Of a stretch of DNA of 64,000 nucleotides, positions 29,770 to 40,700 are shown one piece after another. A program made the position numbers and the translations under genes. This DNA comes from Candidatus Eiseniibacteriota bacterium. Its GTDB lineage: Bacteria; Eisenbacteria; RBG-16-71-46; CAVPCR01. Each line of letters begins with the position of its first letter. The first letter of the stretch is position 1. The notes below the pieces were generated by a model. It did no database searches. It saw only the letters and a program-made list of their open reading frames with translations, and had not been told where the DNA came from. The stretch covers positions 576,001-640,000 of the forward strand of contig CAWGMA010000003.1 of assembly GCA_963823555.1 (NCBI GenBank), written 5' to 3'.

Positions 29770-30690
29770 TGTCAACTGTCGCCTGAAGGTAGCCACGTGA
29801 TTTCGCCTGATAGGGAGCCACGGGCACGGGTGTGCGGTGGTCCTTCGGTGTCCTTTCTCCCTACGCCGCCTTCCGAGCGACGGCTTCGCGTTCGTGCGCC
29901 CGGTAGCTCTTGCCGGTGATGGTGATGAGATGCGCTCGATGCGCCAGGCGATCGAGCGCGGCCGAGGCGAGCAGCGGGTTGTCGCCGAACGCCGCCGGCC
30001 ACTCGGTGTAATCGCGGTTGCTGGTGACCAGCACCGAGCCCCGTTCGTAGCGCCCGCTCGAGGAAGCGCACGTAGCGATGCACCGCCGAGTAGCTCCCCA
30101 GGAACCGATGCTCGTCCCTGAGCCGCTCGAAGATGGCGCGGGACTCCACCCCCTGCTCCCGATAGCTCCGGATCACGGCCTCGAACGGCGCCGCCTTGTA
30201 CCCTTGACGAGGCAAGGTCGGTGGAGGCAGGCTTGCCTTGAGCCGGCGGTCGAGTTCCTCGGGGCTCACCAGCGGCCCGGTGAGGAGATCCTCGGCCTCA
30301 GCCAGCTTGCGGTACTTGCCCACGGTCTTGCGGGCGATCCCGAGGTCGCGGGCGATCGCCCGGTCGGTCTCGCTGGCGCGCAGCCGGCGCACGAGTTCGC
30401 GTACGTCGAGTGTCATCAGTCTCCTTCCTGCCACGGGGCTACCCTCCCTGGTTTTAAGCCTCCAAGGAAGGCACCCCGTGTGCGGGAAGGACCACCGCAC
30501 CCCGCCACCCCGTCCCGCCGCCGGTCCTTCGCGCTCCGGGTCCGACTCGAGCCCCCGACTCCCCCCTGGCTCCCACCCCGCGAAAGCGGGTGGCAACCTA
30601 TCGGGCGAAAACAGATGGCTCCCTATGCGGCGAAATCGCCTGGCCCCCTATCCGCGAAATCCGTGGCTACCTATAGCGCGATTGCTGACA
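29770..30690 (-). mobile_element. Internally deleted IS21-family element (istA 5' part fused to istB 3' part)
   Basis: TGTCA…TGACA ends with repeated subterminal sites; DRAIARDLGIARKTVGKY (IstA HTH); LVTSNR…LDRLAH…ITGKSYR (IstB). Confidence 0.88.
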
Positions 30691-30905
30691 GCGTCGGGCC
30701 ATGAATTCCCCTCTGGCTACAGGATCATTGGGTCGGCCTTGGGCAGGAGCATACACGAGGGGACCGATTGTGCCACCGATCCCGGGAGAGCGCAGCATGG
30801 ACCGGCCAGCCTCGGGCTATCCCAGGTCTGGAGGGTACCAAGGGGGTCCGTCGACGGTACGACACTGCGTCGGCCGACGACTCCGCCAGATTCCGCGCGT
30901 GCGAG

Positions 30906-31454
30906 CTACCTTGCTCCTTGGGCCTTGATCTCGCCCCAGGTCGCGGGCTGCGCCGGGACCGGGCCGACGATGGTGAAGCAGGGGAACCAGGATTCGCAAT
31001 TCCAGTAGGCCGTGCGGGGAGCCCAAACTTCGCCTGATTGAGTGAGGGCGTACATATTCGTACCCTGTCCATCTCGCGGGGGGATCAGCGCTATGAACGA
31101 CGAGGATGCCGAGAATGAACAGGCCAACGTCCAGCTTGCGGGTTGTGGGTTGCCGGCATCAACCGGCATTCGCCACAACTCGCCGGAGGCGGTGAGAACG
31201 TAGAGCGCGTCACCGCCGGTAGATGAGACGAAGACAGCTGAGACAGCTTGGTCTTGCGTGCCAGGTCGTCCGCAGTAGATGAACTCCTCGCAGGCGACGC
31301 CGGGAGTCCGTGATACCCAGACGCCGCCATCATCGGTCAGGGCCAGAAAGAGGCCAGCTCCATAGGGGAATCGATCGAAGGACACGAAGTTCATGGCCAA
31401 GGCCGAGTTTGACAGGACGACTCCTAGCAGGATGAGCAGGGCGGCGTTCTTCAT
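30906..31454 (-). CDS. Secreted beta-propeller-like protein with TWGxxK tail
   Basis: MKNAALLILL…ALA signal; three (A/V)LTxxGx(V/L)W repeats; ends VPAQPATWGEIKAQGAR. Confidence 0.85.
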   Translation of the reverse strand: MKNAALLILLGVVLSNSALAMNFVSFDRFPYGAGLFLALTDDGGVWVSRTPGVACEEFIYCGRPGTQDQAVSAVFVSSTGGDALYVLTASGELWRMPVDAGNPQPASWTLACSFSASSSFIALIPPRDGQGTNMYALTQSGEVWAPRTAYWNCESWFPCFTIVGPVPAQPATWGEIKAQGAR

Positions 31455-31532
31455 GGCAAGGTCCCCGCGGTGAAGACAAGGGGTGGCAGCGAGACGACAG
31501 CAGGATTATAGCAGGTTTAGGCTCCCGTCTCC

Positions 31533-31741
31533 TCAGCACACCATCCCCCTGAGCCGCTCGAACATCTCCTGGTCGCTGACGTGGGTGCGACGGTCGTGAG
31601 CGGACTCGCGTGGCGGGCGAACCGCTGGGCGAGGAACAGGTCCCGGGTGGCCCGGTACGCGGCGGTCAAGTCGTTGTGGCGCAAGGCGTGGAACCCGTAG
31701 AGCCGCCCAAAGTCGGCGACGACCTGCCAGGCGCGGAAGAC
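31533..31741 (-). pseudogene. Small tyrosine recombinase, degenerate 3' end (fragment 3)
   Basis: FRAWQVVA…FHALRH…RDLFLAQRFARHASPL…MFERLRGMVC*. Confidence 0.85.
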
Positions 31742-31754
31742 CGACGTTCTTTTG

Positions 31755-32210
31755 CTACTTCATCAAAAAGACGACGATCAGCAGGAATGTATAGACCACC
31801 GCGAATAGGATCGGGACGCCTGGAATAACATACTTGGAGTTTGCCAGCTTTCCCGGTATCGGCATTTCGGTTCGAGCCTCTTTTCGTTTGCTGAAAGGAC
31901 CGCCTGGCCCTTCAAAAGCTAGTGCTACCTCTTCTGCTTGCGTCACATGGCGATTGGCGCGGTGACCATATGCCACCCAGACCAAGCTAAGGAGAATGCC
32001 AGCCATGGCGAGCGTGATAAGAACCAGCCGGTGCTTGCCATTGGCGGCGAAGATAGTAGCCCATGCCAAGAGTAGGATCGTGGTTGCCATGAGGTAGTTG
32101 TACAGGGCCATGTGTCGAGTCTGATCGAGGTGGATCCATAGATTCGCAGCTGCATTGAAGTGGTCTGCGGGTTCAATCCCAGGCACCGAGGGGGGGGGCG
32201 TGCTCGACAT
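31755..32210 (-). CDS. Small membrane protein with about three TM segments (RipA-like, tentative)
   Basis: AGGAGG RBS; three hydrophobic segments; lower GC. Confidence 0.65.
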   Translation of the reverse strand: MSSTPPPSVPGIEPADHFNAAANLWIHLDQTRHMALYNYLMATTILLLAWATIFAANGKHRLVLITLAMAGILLSLVWVAYGHRANRHVTQAEEVALAFEGPGGPFSKRKEARTEMPIPGKLANSKYVIPGVPILFAVVYTFLLIVVFLMK

Positions 32211-32384
32211 ATTGCCTCCTGTCTCTCTCCTCGCAAATGTCCGGTCATGCGATAGCAATGACGGCGGATGGTATCCTGAGCCCGAGAGCTTAGCTGATTC
32301 TGGTTTTGGAGCAAGGGCCGTTTGTGGAGTGGGCCAGCGGTCCACTACCGCCGAGTTTGTGGAGAGAATCCGGAATCCTTCGGC

Positions 32385-33120
32385 TCAGCACACCATCCCG
32401 CGCAGCCTCTCGAACATCTCCTCGTCGGAAACATGGGTGTAAACGACGGTCGTGAGCGGGCTCGCGTGCCTGGCGAACCGCTGGGCGAGGAAGAGGTCGC
32501 GGGTAGCGAGGTAGACACAAGTGATTGCGGCATGGCGCAAACTGTGGAACGGATACAGCCGCGAGAACCCGGCGACGACCTGCCACGCGCGGAACAGCAC
32601 CTGCACTCGGCGACGTGGATATCCGCCGCCGGCCCTGGTTGCAGAAGAGCGGGGCCGAGGGGTCGAGGCGTTCGCGGCGCGCCTGCTTGTTTGGAGCCAG
32701 AAGCGCGCCAGCTTCGCCACCGGTCGGCGTCCGTCGCGCTTGTATCTCGCGCGAGCGACGCGGGCGCGGTGCCCGTCGAAGACACGTCGCCGTTGAGCCC
32801 GATCTCGCCGAGCGAGCCGGAGGCCGGCCGTGGCTTGCAGGAGCGCGCGCTGCTCGGCCTGCGTGAGGGTAGGTGGTGACAGGTACGGCATGTATCGCCT
32901 CGCTGGATGACGGGTGCCGAGCCAAGGGTCCCTGCTAGCGAGGGGAAGATCAAGCCTGCACCGGGTCGCATGGCAAGGCCGTCGCGCGGGTGCCCTTCGC
33001 TCACGCCCACCAATGCTCGCTGCTCGGCGGCGGTCAGGGGGGAGGGGAGAGGTGGGGCATCGGCGCACTCCGGGGCTCCGGGGTCGGCGGCCGGGAACCA
33101 TGATGGCTCGTGGAGCCGGG
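32385..33120 (-). pseudogene. Small tyrosine recombinase, near full length but decayed (fragment 4, start 32891), with upstream N-terminal stub
   Basis: [10 protein letters not shown]… through HSLRH, RH, VVYTH; internal deletions and frameshifts. Confidence 0.9.
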
Positions 33121-33256
33121 AGATCAAGACTGCAGCGGCAGGGGGTTGGGGGTGCAGATGTGGATGGTCCCGGCAGCAACGGGGGTGAGGTCGAGCGGAC
33201 GTATACTTGATGGGAAGGCGGCGAGGTGTCCGGAGGGGCAAACAAGGAGGTGCGCC

Positions 33257-33481
33257 GTGCGATGGTGTTTTGTACTACTAACGTCCCTGTGGATCTCTGT
33301 GCCGTTTCCTGCCCAAGCTCAAGTGCTCGAACGTCTCCCGGCCATCAACGACGCCGATCCGCAGGTGGTCTACCTGTTCTACCGAGGGGTGGACCGTCTG
33401 TACGTTGACTCCGTAACGGAGATCGATGTGCCGGAAGTGCGGTTTCGGTCTCTTGCCAATTACTTCGAGAGGGGTGGCTGA
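33257..33481 (+). pseudogene. Secreted protein N-terminus truncated by IS256
   Basis: AAGGAGG RBS, signal peptide …PAQAQ; ORF stops at the IS end. Confidence 0.65.
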
Positions 33482-34911
33482 GTCAAGCCCATTCTTAGTG
33501 GGGAATCGTCACGGCTCGTGAACATCTGATCACGCTGCGTTCTGATGACCGACCTCTGCGCTCTCGATCTTGAGGTCGCGTTGAATGGCGACACGGAGGA
33601 CTGGAAGATGATGGTACCCCTTGACCCTCCGCAGACGCGGCTCGGTGTCGAGCAGGGCAGCCGCCATCCAGCGCTGCCTCTGGTTCGAGTTCTTCCAGGC
33701 ATCTACCTTCGCGCAGCGCTCCTCGACCAAGGCGTTGACCGATTCCAGGCAGTTCGTGGTCTTGAACGAGCGGCCCAGGAGTGCGGCCACGCCCAGTCGG
33801 TGGAGGGTCAGCGTCTCCTCCAGGCCTTCGGCCAGGCTCGCCGCCGCCGACTGGTTCTTCTGCTCCAGCTCCCGGTGGAGCGTCTTCAAAGCGGCGAGCG
33901 CCTCGGCATGCGTCGGCCGGTCGTAGGCTCGCTGCAACCGCTTGCGCATGGCCGCCTGCTCACCCTTCGGCAAGTACCCCACCACGTTCTCGCGCTTGTG
34001 CCACATGCAACGCTGGATCACGGCCCGGCGGGTGAAGGCCTTGTTCACCGCCGCCCGCAGCCCCTTTCCGCCGTCGATGATCACCAGCACCCCGGCCGAG
34101 ATGTCGACACCTCGCTCGAGCAGGGAACGCAGGAACGGAGTCAGCACCTTCTCGTTCTCCGTGTCAGTCTCCACGAACCCCAGGAAGCGCTTCTCGCCCG
34201 TGATCGTGATGCCCAACGCCACCACCATCGTCGCGTCCGCGAACGTCTTGCCGTCCAAGAAGATCGCCACGATGTCTTCCCCCGTGAGGTCCCGCTCCTG
34301 GAACTCCTTGAGCTTCTCGGCGCTGGCTGCCACGAACGACCGCGACACCGACGAGCTCGACAGCCCGATCGCCCCGGGGATCGCCTCGGCCGCCGCCTCG
34401 TAGTTGCGACAGGACAGCCCGTACAGCACCCGCCGCAGCAAGAGGTCGTTCACTTCTCCCGACTCCTGGAGTGCCGCGTAGGATCGCAGCGACACCTCGC
34501 CGCGCAGCCCGCGGACTCGAGGCACGTGGATCGGCACCCGCTGCCCGGCCACCCGGATCGACCCCGGATTGCGCCCGTGCCGGATCGCCGGCGCCGGGCC
34601 CTCCTTCCGCGAGTACCGTGGCCCCACCAGCGCCTCCACCTCTGCCTTCATCAGTTCAAAGGCATGCATCAGGCCCAGGGGAACCAGCGTCCGGATCACC
34701 TCCACCTTCGTGTCCACATCCATGACGTCGTACTCTTCACGGCTCAGGACACGGACCTCCCCCAGGCGTCGAGTCTTCTTGCGCTTGGCAACGGAACGTA
34801 GGAAACTGCTCATGTCGGCTCCTTCTTCTGCGGTTGATGTCCGTCAGACCAACGTCATCAAACCACAGGGTGGGAGCCGCTTCAATTCCCCACTAAGTTT
34901 GGCACGGACTC
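33480..34911 (-). mobile_element. Second, distinct IS256-family element
   Basis: IRs GAGTC…CTTAGTGGGGAAT at both ends; no TSD seen. Confidence 0.88.
33530..34813 (-). CDS. IS256-family transposase
   Basis: IFLDG, IIDGGKGL, QRCMWHK, TTNCLES. Confidence 0.93.
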   Translation of the reverse strand: MSSFLRSVAKRKKTRRLGEVRVLSREEYDVMDVDTKVEVIRTLVPLGLMHAFELMKAEVEALVGPRYSRKEGPAPAIRHGRNPGSIRVAGQRVPIHVPRVRGLRGEVSLRSYAALQESGEVNDLLLRRVLYGLSCRNYEAAAEAIPGAIGLSSSSVSRSFVAASAEKLKEFQERDLTGEDIVAIFLDGKTFADATMVVALGITITGEKRFLGFVETDTENEKVLTPFLRSLLERGVDISAGVLVIIDGGKGLRAAVNKAFTRRAVIQRCMWHKRENVVGYLPKGEQAAMRKRLQRAYDRPTHAEALAALKTLHRELEQKNQSAAASLAEGLEETLTLHRLGVAALLGRSFKTTNCLESVNALVEERCAKVDAWKNSNQRQRWMAAALLDTEPRLRRVKGYHHLPVLRVAIQRDLKIESAEVGHQNAA

Positions 34912-34955
34912 GTTGCTTTCGGCAAGAAGTTCGAGAGAAAGCTGGTGGTTGTCAG

Positions 34956-35597
34956 ATGATGAGAACGAGCAAATGCTGCGTGATAAGGTTGCTACTGGTA
35001 GTCGTTGTCGCGATTCTTGTCGCTCGTCCAGATAGGGCTATATGCACTCCGCAAAGCGAAGTAACGCTGCCGCTGCATGCCCAGGCTGGATCACTTGTTC
35101 CATGCGAGGGCGATCCGTGCGGGGGCGATAGCCTTCGAACAAGAATGGAGATAGGTAATTACTATACAGTTCTATTGTACGTCAGCAATTACGACTCAGT
35201 AATGGGGGTTAACACAGCTTTCGATTGGCCGTCCGATTGGTCTTTCCTCTACTCCGCGCTAGAATGCCAGCCGGGGCAAATGGGCGACCGGACGCCAAGC
35301 GGGCCAGGTCCGATACTCGGCGCTTTGAATACTGTGTTCAACTGTGTCACAGGAGGCGCCACTATACCAGTTGCCAGGATTGTATTGCGACCCAACTCTG
35401 AAGGCTGCGTGCGACAGATACGCCCGCAGGGGCCTGCCTTCGGCATCGCAATCCTAAGGTGCGATGGGGAGATCGAGGAACTGGGGGAGCACAATCTCGG
35501 GTCTGTATGTGCTGGGAGCTCAGGAGTGGATGTTTGCGACGGTCCGGTTGCAGTGGAACCAGCCTCCTGGGGCGCTATCAAGGCAACCTATCGGTAG
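34956..35597 (+). CDS. Secreted Cys-rich domain protein with SWGxxK tail
   Basis: Signal peptide; homologous to the N-terminal domain of 37797..41273; ends VAVEPASWGAIKATYR. Confidence 0.85.
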   Translation: MMRTSKCCVIRLLLVVVVAILVARPDRAICTPQSEVTLPLHAQAGSLVPCEGDPCGGDSLRTRMEIGNYYTVLLYVSNYDSVMGVNTAFDWPSDWSFLYSALECQPGQMGDRTPSGPGPILGALNTVFNCVTGGATIPVARIVLRPNSEGCVRQIRPQGPAFGIAILRCDGEIEELGEHNLGSVCAGSSGVDVCDGPVAVEPASWGAIKATYR

Positions 35598-35734
35598 GCG
35601 GGCCTGGAGTCTTTTGGGGTAGGACTGGCTGCGACAGCGTACACCCGGCAGTTGCATAAGAACCTGCGCAATCTCGTAGGAATCGGTGGGTACGATGCAG
35701 ATTGTGTGTACTGGACCAGCGATTTCGGACGCCC

Positions 35735-37338
35735 GTATATTGGTCCACCGAATCCCGGCACGCCGTCCCGGCGGCGGAACCTGATGCAGAGACTGATGTT
35801 ATCCTGTGTTCGTGAATGATCTCACGAGGGAATTCACGGGAGGGCAGGATGATGTCCGCACCACCGGCGGGATGGACCCGATACGTTCGCTCCGCCCTGC
35901 TCCACGCCATCTCCCTGGCCGCCACGGCATGGACCCTTGCCCGGAGCCGGGCGGCTACGAGCCGCCATGAGCGGGAGCGCCTCCAAGCCGGACTCGACCG
36001 TGCCCACACCGAGATCGCGTTGCTCAAGGAGGAGTTGCGAATCAAGGACGCCCGCTGGAGCCGGTTGCCTTCGCGTCGCCGCCCGCACTACAGGGCGATC
36101 GAGCGGCTGCGGATTCTCGAACTCAAGGCCGCCCGGGGCTGGTCGCGCGAGCAAGCGGCGCGGATCTTCCTGCTCGACGAGCAGACGGTGCGGTCGTGGC
36201 AAGGGCGAGTGGACGAGGAAGGAGCAGATGCGCTGGTCCGCATGGCGGAGCCGGTGAACCGGTTCCCGGAGTTCGTGCGCTACCTGGTGAAGGAACTGAA
36301 GGCGCTGGTTCCGAGCATGGGGAAGGTGCGCATCGCCCAAGTGCTGGCGCGAGCGGGGCTCCACCTCGGGGCAACGACCATCGGGCGGATGCTTCGGGAG
36401 ACGGAACCGGTGCCCGAGGCATCAGAGGCGTCTGGCGCGATCGAGATCGTCGAGACGCGGGCGGTCACAGCGACGCATCCTGACGAGATCTGGCACGTCG
36501 ATCTGACGACGGTGCCGACGGCGGCGGGGTTCTGGGTGCCGTGGCTGCCGTTCACCTGGCCGCAGACGTGGCCGTTCTGCTGGTGGGTGGCCGTGGTGAT
36601 CGATCACTTCTCACGCGCCGTGGTCGGGTTCGCGGTCTTCTTGCGCCCACCGACCTCGGCGGAAGTCCAGCGTTCACTTGGCCTGGCGATCCGCCGAGCC
36701 GGTCAGCGGCCGAAGTACGTGATCAGCGACCAGGGGCGGCAGTTCCGCTGCAAGTCCTTCCGGCGCTGGTGCCGGCGCCAGCGCATTCGACCGCGCTTCG
36801 GAGCCGTCGGCCAGTACGGGAGCCTCGCGGTCATCGAGCGGTTCATGCGCTCGCTGAAGACGGAGTGCACACGGCAGATCCTGGTTCCTGTCCAGCTGGA
36901 GGCCATGCGCCGGGAGATCGCGCTGTACGTTGTCTGGCACAACCAGCACCGGCCGAGCCAGGCCTTGGGCGGCCGGACGCCGCAGGAAGTTCACGCTGGC
37001 CTTCCGCCGGCGAATGCGAGTCCACGGCTCGAACCCCGAACGGGATGGCCAAGCGAGGCGCCCTGTGCGTCACCGCAGACGGCGATTCGCGGCCAGTGCA
37101 GCACGAGACTCGCTCTTGTCGTCGGCCACCTGGAAGGCAGGAGGCACCTGCCGGTGGTCGCGCTGCGCGAAGCGGCCTGATCCTCGCTCGCCTGATCTGT
37201 AATCGAACGAGATCGCGCCATCCTGTGTGGCGCGCCGACGGGGAGCATCTCATCCACATCTGCGACGGCCCGTCCTCGCCGATGACAGCGGGAACTGCGG
37301 GTGGGCGCGGCGTCCCGAAATCGGTGGACCTCAACACC
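35735..37338 (+). mobile_element. IS-like element with rve/DDE transposase (type 2)
   Basis: Imperfect IRs GGTCCACCGAAT(C) and ATCGGTGGACC; right end abuts an integrase fragment; ends approximate. Confidence 0.75.
35849..37180 (+). CDS. DDE integrase-core (rve) transposase with HTH
   Basis: WHVDLT, VIDHFSR, ISDQGRQF, IERFMRSLKTE, HNQHRPSQALGGRTP. Confidence 0.9.
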   Translation: MMSAPPAGWTRYVRSALLHAISLAATAWTLARSRAATSRHERERLQAGLDRAHTEIALLKEELRIKDARWSRLPSRRRPHYRAIERLRILELKAARGWSREQAARIFLLDEQTVRSWQGRVDEEGADALVRMAEPVNRFPEFVRYLVKELKALVPSMGKVRIAQVLARAGLHLGATTIGRMLRETEPVPEASEASGAIEIVETRAVTATHPDEIWHVDLTTVPTAAGFWVPWLPFTWPQTWPFCWWVAVVIDHFSRAVVGFAVFLRPPTSAEVQRSLGLAIRRAGQRPKYVISDQGRQFRCKSFRRWCRRQRIRPRFGAVGQYGSLAVIERFMRSLKTECTRQILVPVQLEAMRREIALYVVWHNQHRPSQALGGRTPQEVHAGLPPANASPRLEPRTGWPSEAPCASPQTAIRGQCSTRLALVVGHLEGRRHLPVVALREAA

Positions 37339-37339
37339 A

Positions 37340-37560
37340 GCGGTGGCTTGCAGGAGCGCGCGCTGCTCGGCCTGGGTGAGGGTTGGGGGGCTGAGGTAGG
37401 GCATCGTTCTCCTCCCCGAATGACAGGTGCCGAGCCAATGGTCCCGGCCGGCGAGGTGAAGTTCAAGCCTGCAACGGGGCCGCTGGCAGGCTGTCGCGCG
37501 GTCTCCCTGCGCTCACGGCCAGCAGGCGCGCTGCTCGGCGGCGGTCTGGGTCGGGTGCCG
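37340..37560 (-). pseudogene. Small tyrosine recombinase N-terminus (fragment 5, start 37404) with upstream stub
   Basis: [21 protein letters not shown] cut by the IS end; upstream TQTAAEQRA stub. Confidence 0.8.
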
Positions 37561-37634
37561 TGCCATCCCGTAACCTACTCCGCAGGTGTCAGTTCCACGA
37601 AAGTCGCCAATCTTCACTTTCTTCTGATCTTCCC

Positions 37635-37765
37635 TTGAACCGCGCCGCCAGGAGGAGCATTCTGAACTGTCAGTCCCCCGCTCCACCGCGAGCCGAGAGA
37701 CAAGGCCAGACCTCACCGCCCCGCGACCCACGAGGTCCCGGCGCGAGCCGCCCGACGATGAGGCC
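37635..37765 (+). promoter_or_regulatory. Promoter plus conserved leader, copy 1
   Basis: TTGAAC-17-CATTCT followed by about 100 nt similar to 59971-60087. Confidence 0.6.
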
Positions 37766-37796
37766 GCAACCGCCCGATATGGGCAGGAGGGCGGCC

Positions 37797-40700
37797 ATGG
37801 ACGGTCGTGCGCTATTCCTCTCGGCGGTGCTTGTTGCTCTCGCGTCGGCCGCATCCGCCGGATCGAACCCTGACGCCACTTTCGTTCTCCATGTTCGACC
37901 AGGACTCGATGGAACCTGCACCATCGGCGGTCAGCCTGACTGCGCCGCGGTACGGCCGACGGTAAACGTGCAGCCGAGCAGCACGTGTCAAGTGTACTTC
38001 TACCTCAATAACGTGAGTGCAGTCAGCGGCGTCCAGACGGCATTCGCGTGGGATGCGAGCTGGACCCTGCTTGCGAATTCCTGGAACTGCCGAGCGAATC
38101 AGCTTAGCGCCGTGACGCCAGACCCGGCAACGCACGGCGGGGCGAGGTCTGGCACGCTCGCGACAGTCTTCGATTGCGTGACGAGCCCAGGGCTCCTGCT
38201 CATCGGGGACATGTATTTCATGACGGGGGCAACCGGGTGCCTCACGCAAGTGCAATCGAGCTACCCATTCGGGAACCACGTTCTTGATTGCGCCCTGGGA
38301 ACCGGTGCGTTCGATCCCGGAATCTCCCCGGAGCGGTTTGGCAGCGTGTGTGTTGGCTCGGGCGGGCATGATGCATGCGATCCTCCCTCGAGTGAGAACC
38401 TTGCGCCGCTCGCCGATCCTGGAGGGCCGTACTACGGCCCGGTGGACGTCCCCATTCAGTTCGACGCCACGGCCTCGACCGATCCGGACGGCGCGATCGT
38501 GTCGTACACCTGGACCTTTGGCGACGGGGCGACGGGCACCGGGCCGACGCCGACGCATAGCTACACCGCGCCGAACTCCTACGAGGTGACCCTTGAGGTG
38601 ACAGATGACGGAGGGGCATCGGCGGGTGAAGAGACGGCGGCGCTCGCGGCCCACATGGAGGCCGCGCTCGCTGACTCGGTGGCACGTGCCGGCCCAGATG
38701 ATCTCATCCCGGTCTTTGGGGTGCTTGCAACCCAGATAAGCTCGGCGGAGCTGTACGCGATGACGGCGGGGCTTTCCCGCGAGGAGAGTCGGCGTGCGGT
38801 CATCAACGCGAAGCGCTCGGTGACGAGCGCCCAGGACCCCATACTCCAGTATCTGGAAGGGCAAGCGCAGTTGGGCAATGCCACACCACCGGTCTCCATC
38901 TTTTCGGTGAACGCAGTGGCGACAGAAGCCAAGGTGCCAGTGGTAACCACCTTGGCACTGATGCCGGAATTCGACGCGCTCTACCTCGACCGGGAAGCCA
39001 TCTCTACGATCGACTGCACAACGCAGCCCAACTACCTCATCTGCACTGGGGACCTGTGCGACCAGGCACCTCCCGGGTGCGCTCTCAATGTAGAGGCGAT
39101 GTGCATTGATGAAGAGGGGCAGCCGGTCACGATCCCGGTGCCGCTCGGCCCCAATCCCGATAGCGCGAGCGTGAGCTACGCGTTGCGGTTCCTTGAGGTG
39201 CCGGATGTGTGGAATAACTTTCGACTCAAAGGAACGGGAATTTTGGTGCTCAACGTCGATACGGGGATCGACTACTGCCAGCCGTCGCTCGAGCACCGCT
39301 ACTCATTCAACACATGCGAAGGGATTCTTCCGGACGGAATAGACGAGGACCAGAACGGCTTCCTCGACGACTACTTCGGTTGGAACTACCTGTACCAAGA
39401 CGGAGATCCGTACACCATCCCGAGATACCCAAGCGGGAGCTGCGACATCGGCGGGGACCACGGGACCTTCACGGCGGGCGCCATTGTCGGGGATGCGTCC
39501 CTGTACCCACCGGAAGGGACCTTCGAAGGGGGCAGCAAGATCACGGGAGTGGCCCCGGGCGCCTCGCTGCGCTCGTTCGCGGGGACCTTCCAGAGCCCTG
39601 GCAACCAGAGCTCTACCTTCCGTTCGGCGGACTATGCCATGGCCATCGGTGCGGATGTCGTCTCGGTCCAGTTCCTGACCTGCTTCGGAAGCGCTGAGCT
39701 TGAGACGTCGAAAAAAGTCAGGGTCGCCGTCCAGGCCCTCGATGCTGCGGGTATCCTAACCGTTGCGTCGATGGGCAATGTTCAAACAGCAGGTGGTCCC
39801 AACGACCCGTGCCCTGGATACGCGCCCTTGTTTGACGTCCCGTGCGTGCCAGAGGCGATCGCCGTCGGTGGGATCTGGAATGAGCAGCCGAACCCTGATC
39901 TCTGTGGCTATGCCCGTTACCATCACCCCCCAGGTCCCGTTACATGGCCTGACGGGACGTTCATTAAGCCGGACCTCGTGGCTCCGGCGATACACGTCGA
40001 GACCATCGCTGGGTACTGGGACTGCCACCGTCAGCTCTGCGAGGGCCCGGTGCCCGTTGGCGAAGGGTTGCCGCGGGGTACGTTTGCGCACCAGTATCAC
40101 AACGGCACGTCGATGTCGTCTCCGCTTGTCGCCGGAATGGCGGCAATCATGTTCGAACGCAATAACGAAATCCGCCCCGCTGACCTCAAGGACGTGCTTG
40201 AGGGCACCGCCTTCGACATTCCGCCGCTCGGGAAGGACAACGACTTCGGCGCGGGCGTCCCAAGGCTCAGCTCGGCACTGCGGAGCATTAGCCTTGTCAA
40301 CACATTCGACCGCTTCCTTGAGCTCCACGCCGTACGAGCGGGAGGCTTACCAACCAACTGGACCTTCGACGTGGACGACCACTCGACGCCTATCGTCAGC
40401 ATCGCAGACCTGACCCCGGGTGGATACGACCCCTGCGATCCCTCACGGCCGGCGCCGCGAGGTGGGCTCCGGATGCAGTCGCCCTTGCAGTCTCGCACTG
40501 TGGGCTACGTCTGGGACGAGCAAGAGAGCTACTACTCGTTCACGACAAACTTCCGATTCGATACTGATCCGCACGGCGACCGGTGGCTTGGCCTCCTGCT
40601 ACGCTGGGACCCCGAGACCCGCCACTGCGTCTTTATCCGAACACGGCAGGTCGTACCTACCGACCCGACGTCGACGGAGTTCGTGTTCGGCCACGAGGAG

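Noticed and set aside
34569..34955. Long N-terminal extensions in the ORF track (34569, 37560, 25909, 27947, 60495, 3166)
   Set aside because: They overlap IS ends, leaders or neighbouring genes; downstream starts have an RBS and/or a signal peptide.
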